Below the pieces are notes generated by a model that saw only the letters and a list, made by a program, of their open reading frames with translations, searched no databases and was not told where the DNA came from. A DNA stretch of 55,710 bases from Prorocentrum cordatum (Eukaryota): assembly GCA_963575745.1 (NCBI GenBank), contig CAUYUJ010000141.1, forward strand, positions 62,001 to 117,710, in the 5' to 3' direction. A program made the translations under genes and the position numbers. Shown here one piece after another: positions 52,971 to 55,710 of the stretch; positions within the stretch are counted from its first letter, which is position 1, and every line of letters begins with the position of its first letter.

Positions 52971-55710
52971 CGACGCGCCCTCAAGGCCCTCTCCCTCGCC
53001 TGCCTCGTCCACGGCCCTCCCCCCCACACCCGCCATCGCCCGGCCCGCGCCCGCCGCACTGGGCCCAGACACATCCGCGCGCGGGGCGACGCCGAAGAGG
53101 TCCAGAGCGTCACGGCACTCCTGGTCCAAGAGCAACAACTCCATGACATCCCGCGCACCCCGCGCGCCGACGCCCGCGCGGAAAGACGCGAACGCGCCCC
53201 GCAACGCACGACGCACGTCTGGCACGAACGACTCCGCCGACGCATCCAGCACCCTGGCACCGGCCCCGCGACCAACGTGGCCCAGCAGGAGCCCGAGTGC
53301 GCCGGCGATCCTCTGCGAAGGCACCCGAACGTGCGGCGCCTCCCCAAACTCTACCACGGGTGGCGGGCGCCGCCCATCACTGGCCTGTATCGGCCGCAGC
53401 AGCGCGTCGATATTCCGAGCGATTCGCCCTGCAACCGCCTCCCTGCGGCCTCGATCGTACACGCACACGGTCAGAGACTCGGCACGCCCGAGCGCCTCCC
53501 CCGCCCGACCAGCCTGGACGCGCACGAAGATCCAATCCAGGGGAACGCCAGACACGCTCAGAGCGTCCACGGCAGCAACCATCAGCAACTCCTTCTTATC
53601 GCTGACGCAGCTCGCGTCCCAAACGCTCGTCCAGTTGTGCGCCACCCGAGCAAAATGCTCTGGGGTCTCCTCCGCGCCGACGTGCTCGCCCACCTTTGCC
53701 GAGGCCACAGTCATCGACAGGTCTAACCCTGAGCACAGCTGTCGCGCCACCTTCAGGAAGAACACCAACGCCTGACGCTCCAGTCTGCCCTCCGCCAGAG
53801 CGCTCTCCGACCGCACGTTCACGACCCACTTGTCCATCCGCAGCGCGCAGCCACCGCGAACGTCCCCGAACGCATCCTTCATCTTCCTGGCCGCCTTATC
53901 CAAGCTCCCGTGCAGTCTCGGCGGCACCAGCGCACCCATGGCCTCCTTCACAGCGCTCATGTGCAGCGGGCCCAGGCACGGTTCCACGACATCGAACACG
54001 CGACCATCCCACCGCCCACACGCCACCCACCGATCCACCATCATGTCAGCGACACGGCCCAACAACTCCACTCCGTCGTCGTCCGGGCGCTCCCGCGACA
54101 GCCGGGCAGCAGCATCCCTCAAACGCCCCCGCAACTCTTCCACCGTGTCAACACCAGCGAAATCCTCTGCATCCCCACCCGCCAGCTCCCGCGCGGCCTC
54201 GCGTTCCTCCAACGTCACACCGCGCACCCTCTTCCGGTCCAGGAGCCTGTCAGCCACGGCGGTCAGACGCCGCCGCGCGACGTCATCACCCCCCGCCTCG
54301 GCATCGACAACCTCAGCCAACGCGGACACGCACGGCGCGCCGTCCTCACCCCAGAGCCAAGTGTCATCATCCACCACTCTGTTCAGACCTCTGAGCCTCT
54401 CCGCCTGCGCCGCACGGACGGTCTCGAGACGGCCCAACAATCTCCCCGCCGCACACCTCTCCTCTGCGGTCCACAAATCCGCCTCGCAGTACCCATACAT
54501 CCGCAACGTTGACGAAGCGCGCGCCTCCAACCGCAGCTCGAACCGACGGCGCTCCCGGAACGCCGTCGTGTGCCTGGCCCGCATGAAGTCCGCGTACTCC
54601 GGCAGGTCTTCCTCGAACACCAAGTCCCACGGATGCCTGACGCGCGTCGTTGCGACGAACCCGATCCCAGCGACGGCCGCGGTCTTCGCCGACATGTGCA
54701 CGCGGACTTTCGCCAACGTCATCCCCTGCGCCTTCCAGTGCGTCAGAGCCCACGCCAGCTGCAGCGGGTAGTTCTCGCGCGCGAGGCCGTCCTCCGTCGT
54801 GGACGATACAGTCTGCCTCCAGATGGGCACCCAGTTCTTGCGCACAGGATCGTTCTTGAATAAAGACCGCGGCTCGCCATTCTCGTCTTTTCCCAGATCG
54901 ACGTCGTCGAACTCGACAAAAACACAAATGGGCGCCTGCAAGTCCGGGCGCGCACTGTTGTGCGGGTCCGCCCCTTCCGGCCACATGTACCCGCGCAGCG
55001 TGCCCATCGCCCCGTTCATCAACCCCGCCTCGACCCATAAGTTCTGCGTCAGCAGCACGCGCGCCCCTTCACACATGTGAAGCTCGTTCTCGATCCCTCG
55101 GAAATCGTCGGCCGCCATCTCTTCCGGCCGAGATTTACTTTTATCCTTCCAATTGTGATAGGCGCGCAGAGACGCAATGGGCTTGCCACTGGCAGCCGCC
55201 ACCTGGCACAGCCTCTCCAGGTTCACCCTATCCGCGCCGCAGGAACCCGACGCCCGATCCTTCCTGCCATCCATCAGCAGCGGCGCCGTCTCGAACGCTG
55301 CGAGCTCCTCCCTGCCCTCCTTCGTCATCTGCAGCACCGACCTTTTCCGGCGCCTCAACCACGCATGATCCGACTGGTCCCACGTGCACTGCGCCATTCC
55401 TTTGGTCACCTCCAGAAAACGATCGGCATCCCGCCGGTACTCCGCCTGCCGCTCGGCGGACAGACCCTCCTTCTTCCCTCTCCATCTGTGCACGCGCCGT
55501 AGCACGGCGACGTCCTGGAACGTATTGCGCACAAACTGGCCCGTGGCCACCAACTTCTCCGTGCTCCACGCATCGTCTGGAGTGCGCTCCGCCCCCCTCG
55601 GCTTATTTTTTCCCATGCCCCTCATACTTGCCCATTCGATACAACGGATCGTCGCCGATGGGCGGCGCCTGCTGCGGATCTCCTGCCAGCACGACATCCT
55701 TCCCGCCGAG
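52970..55710 (-). CDS. PIF1-family SF1B helicase C-terminal half plus downstream domains (N-terminus outside the window)
   Basis: LRRVHR, GARVLLTQNLWVEAGLMNGAMG, YPLQLAWALTHWKAQGMTL and FVATTRV correspond to PIF1/Helitron helicase motifs IV-VI. The frame is continuous with the EEP N-terminus. Confidence 0.88.

Larger units (their letters stand above)
26308..55710 (-). mobile_element. 3' portion of a large Helentron/Helitron2-like element; 5' end and Rep domain lie beyond the window
   Basis: Joining 26308-26338 to 38142 onward restores the family terminus ctggcgccggcggtaaaccgtcaacctggttaccgccggggacctcgtagagctcc, followed by sequence resembling the short non-autonomous interiors. Upstream on the same strand lies a PIF1 helicase plus EEP endonuclease gene, the Helentron combination. 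Continuity across the satellite is inferred. Confidence 0.7.

Noticed and set aside
49579..55502. Plus-strand ORFs overlapping the helicase/EEP/USP gene (and likewise those opposite the LINE pol genes)
   Set aside because: They are antisense shadows in GC-rich coding DNA, with no motifs of their own.

Overview
Eukaryotic repeat-rich DNA with no host genes; the organism cannot be determined from the sequence. It reads as three layers of parasite, all on the minus strand. (1) 1-26307: a nest of about 30 non-autonomous Helentron/Helitron2-like (DINE-1/HINE-type) elements. Each has asymmetric subterminal inverted repeats, a conserved 3' hairpin ending in CCAG and, in the long family, internal 177-178 bp tandem repeats. 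They insert into one another's 5' ends in one orientation without TSDs. (2) 26308 to beyond the right edge: the 3' part of a large, probably formerly autonomous Helentron-like element sharing that terminus. It carries an 11-kb (ACACAGAC)n higher-order satellite and a disrupted polyprotein gene: PIF1-like helicase, putative inactive Ulp1-like domain, EEP/APE endonuclease and USP (C19) deubiquitinase. The Rep domain is not in the window. (3) 26339-38132: two divergent ~5.9-kb non-LTR retrotransposons inserted head-to-tail at the same nucleotide of that element's 3' hairpin, each bounded by an AACCTGGTT duplication. Both appear to be single-ORF elements (ORF1-like, APE, RT, RNase H) with non-canonical RT motifs (RTG, WADN) and a circularly permuted RNase H. 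The best candidate for an undescribed system is a site-specific LINE clade that targets the Helentron terminal hairpin. All domain calls are by eye; no database searches were run.
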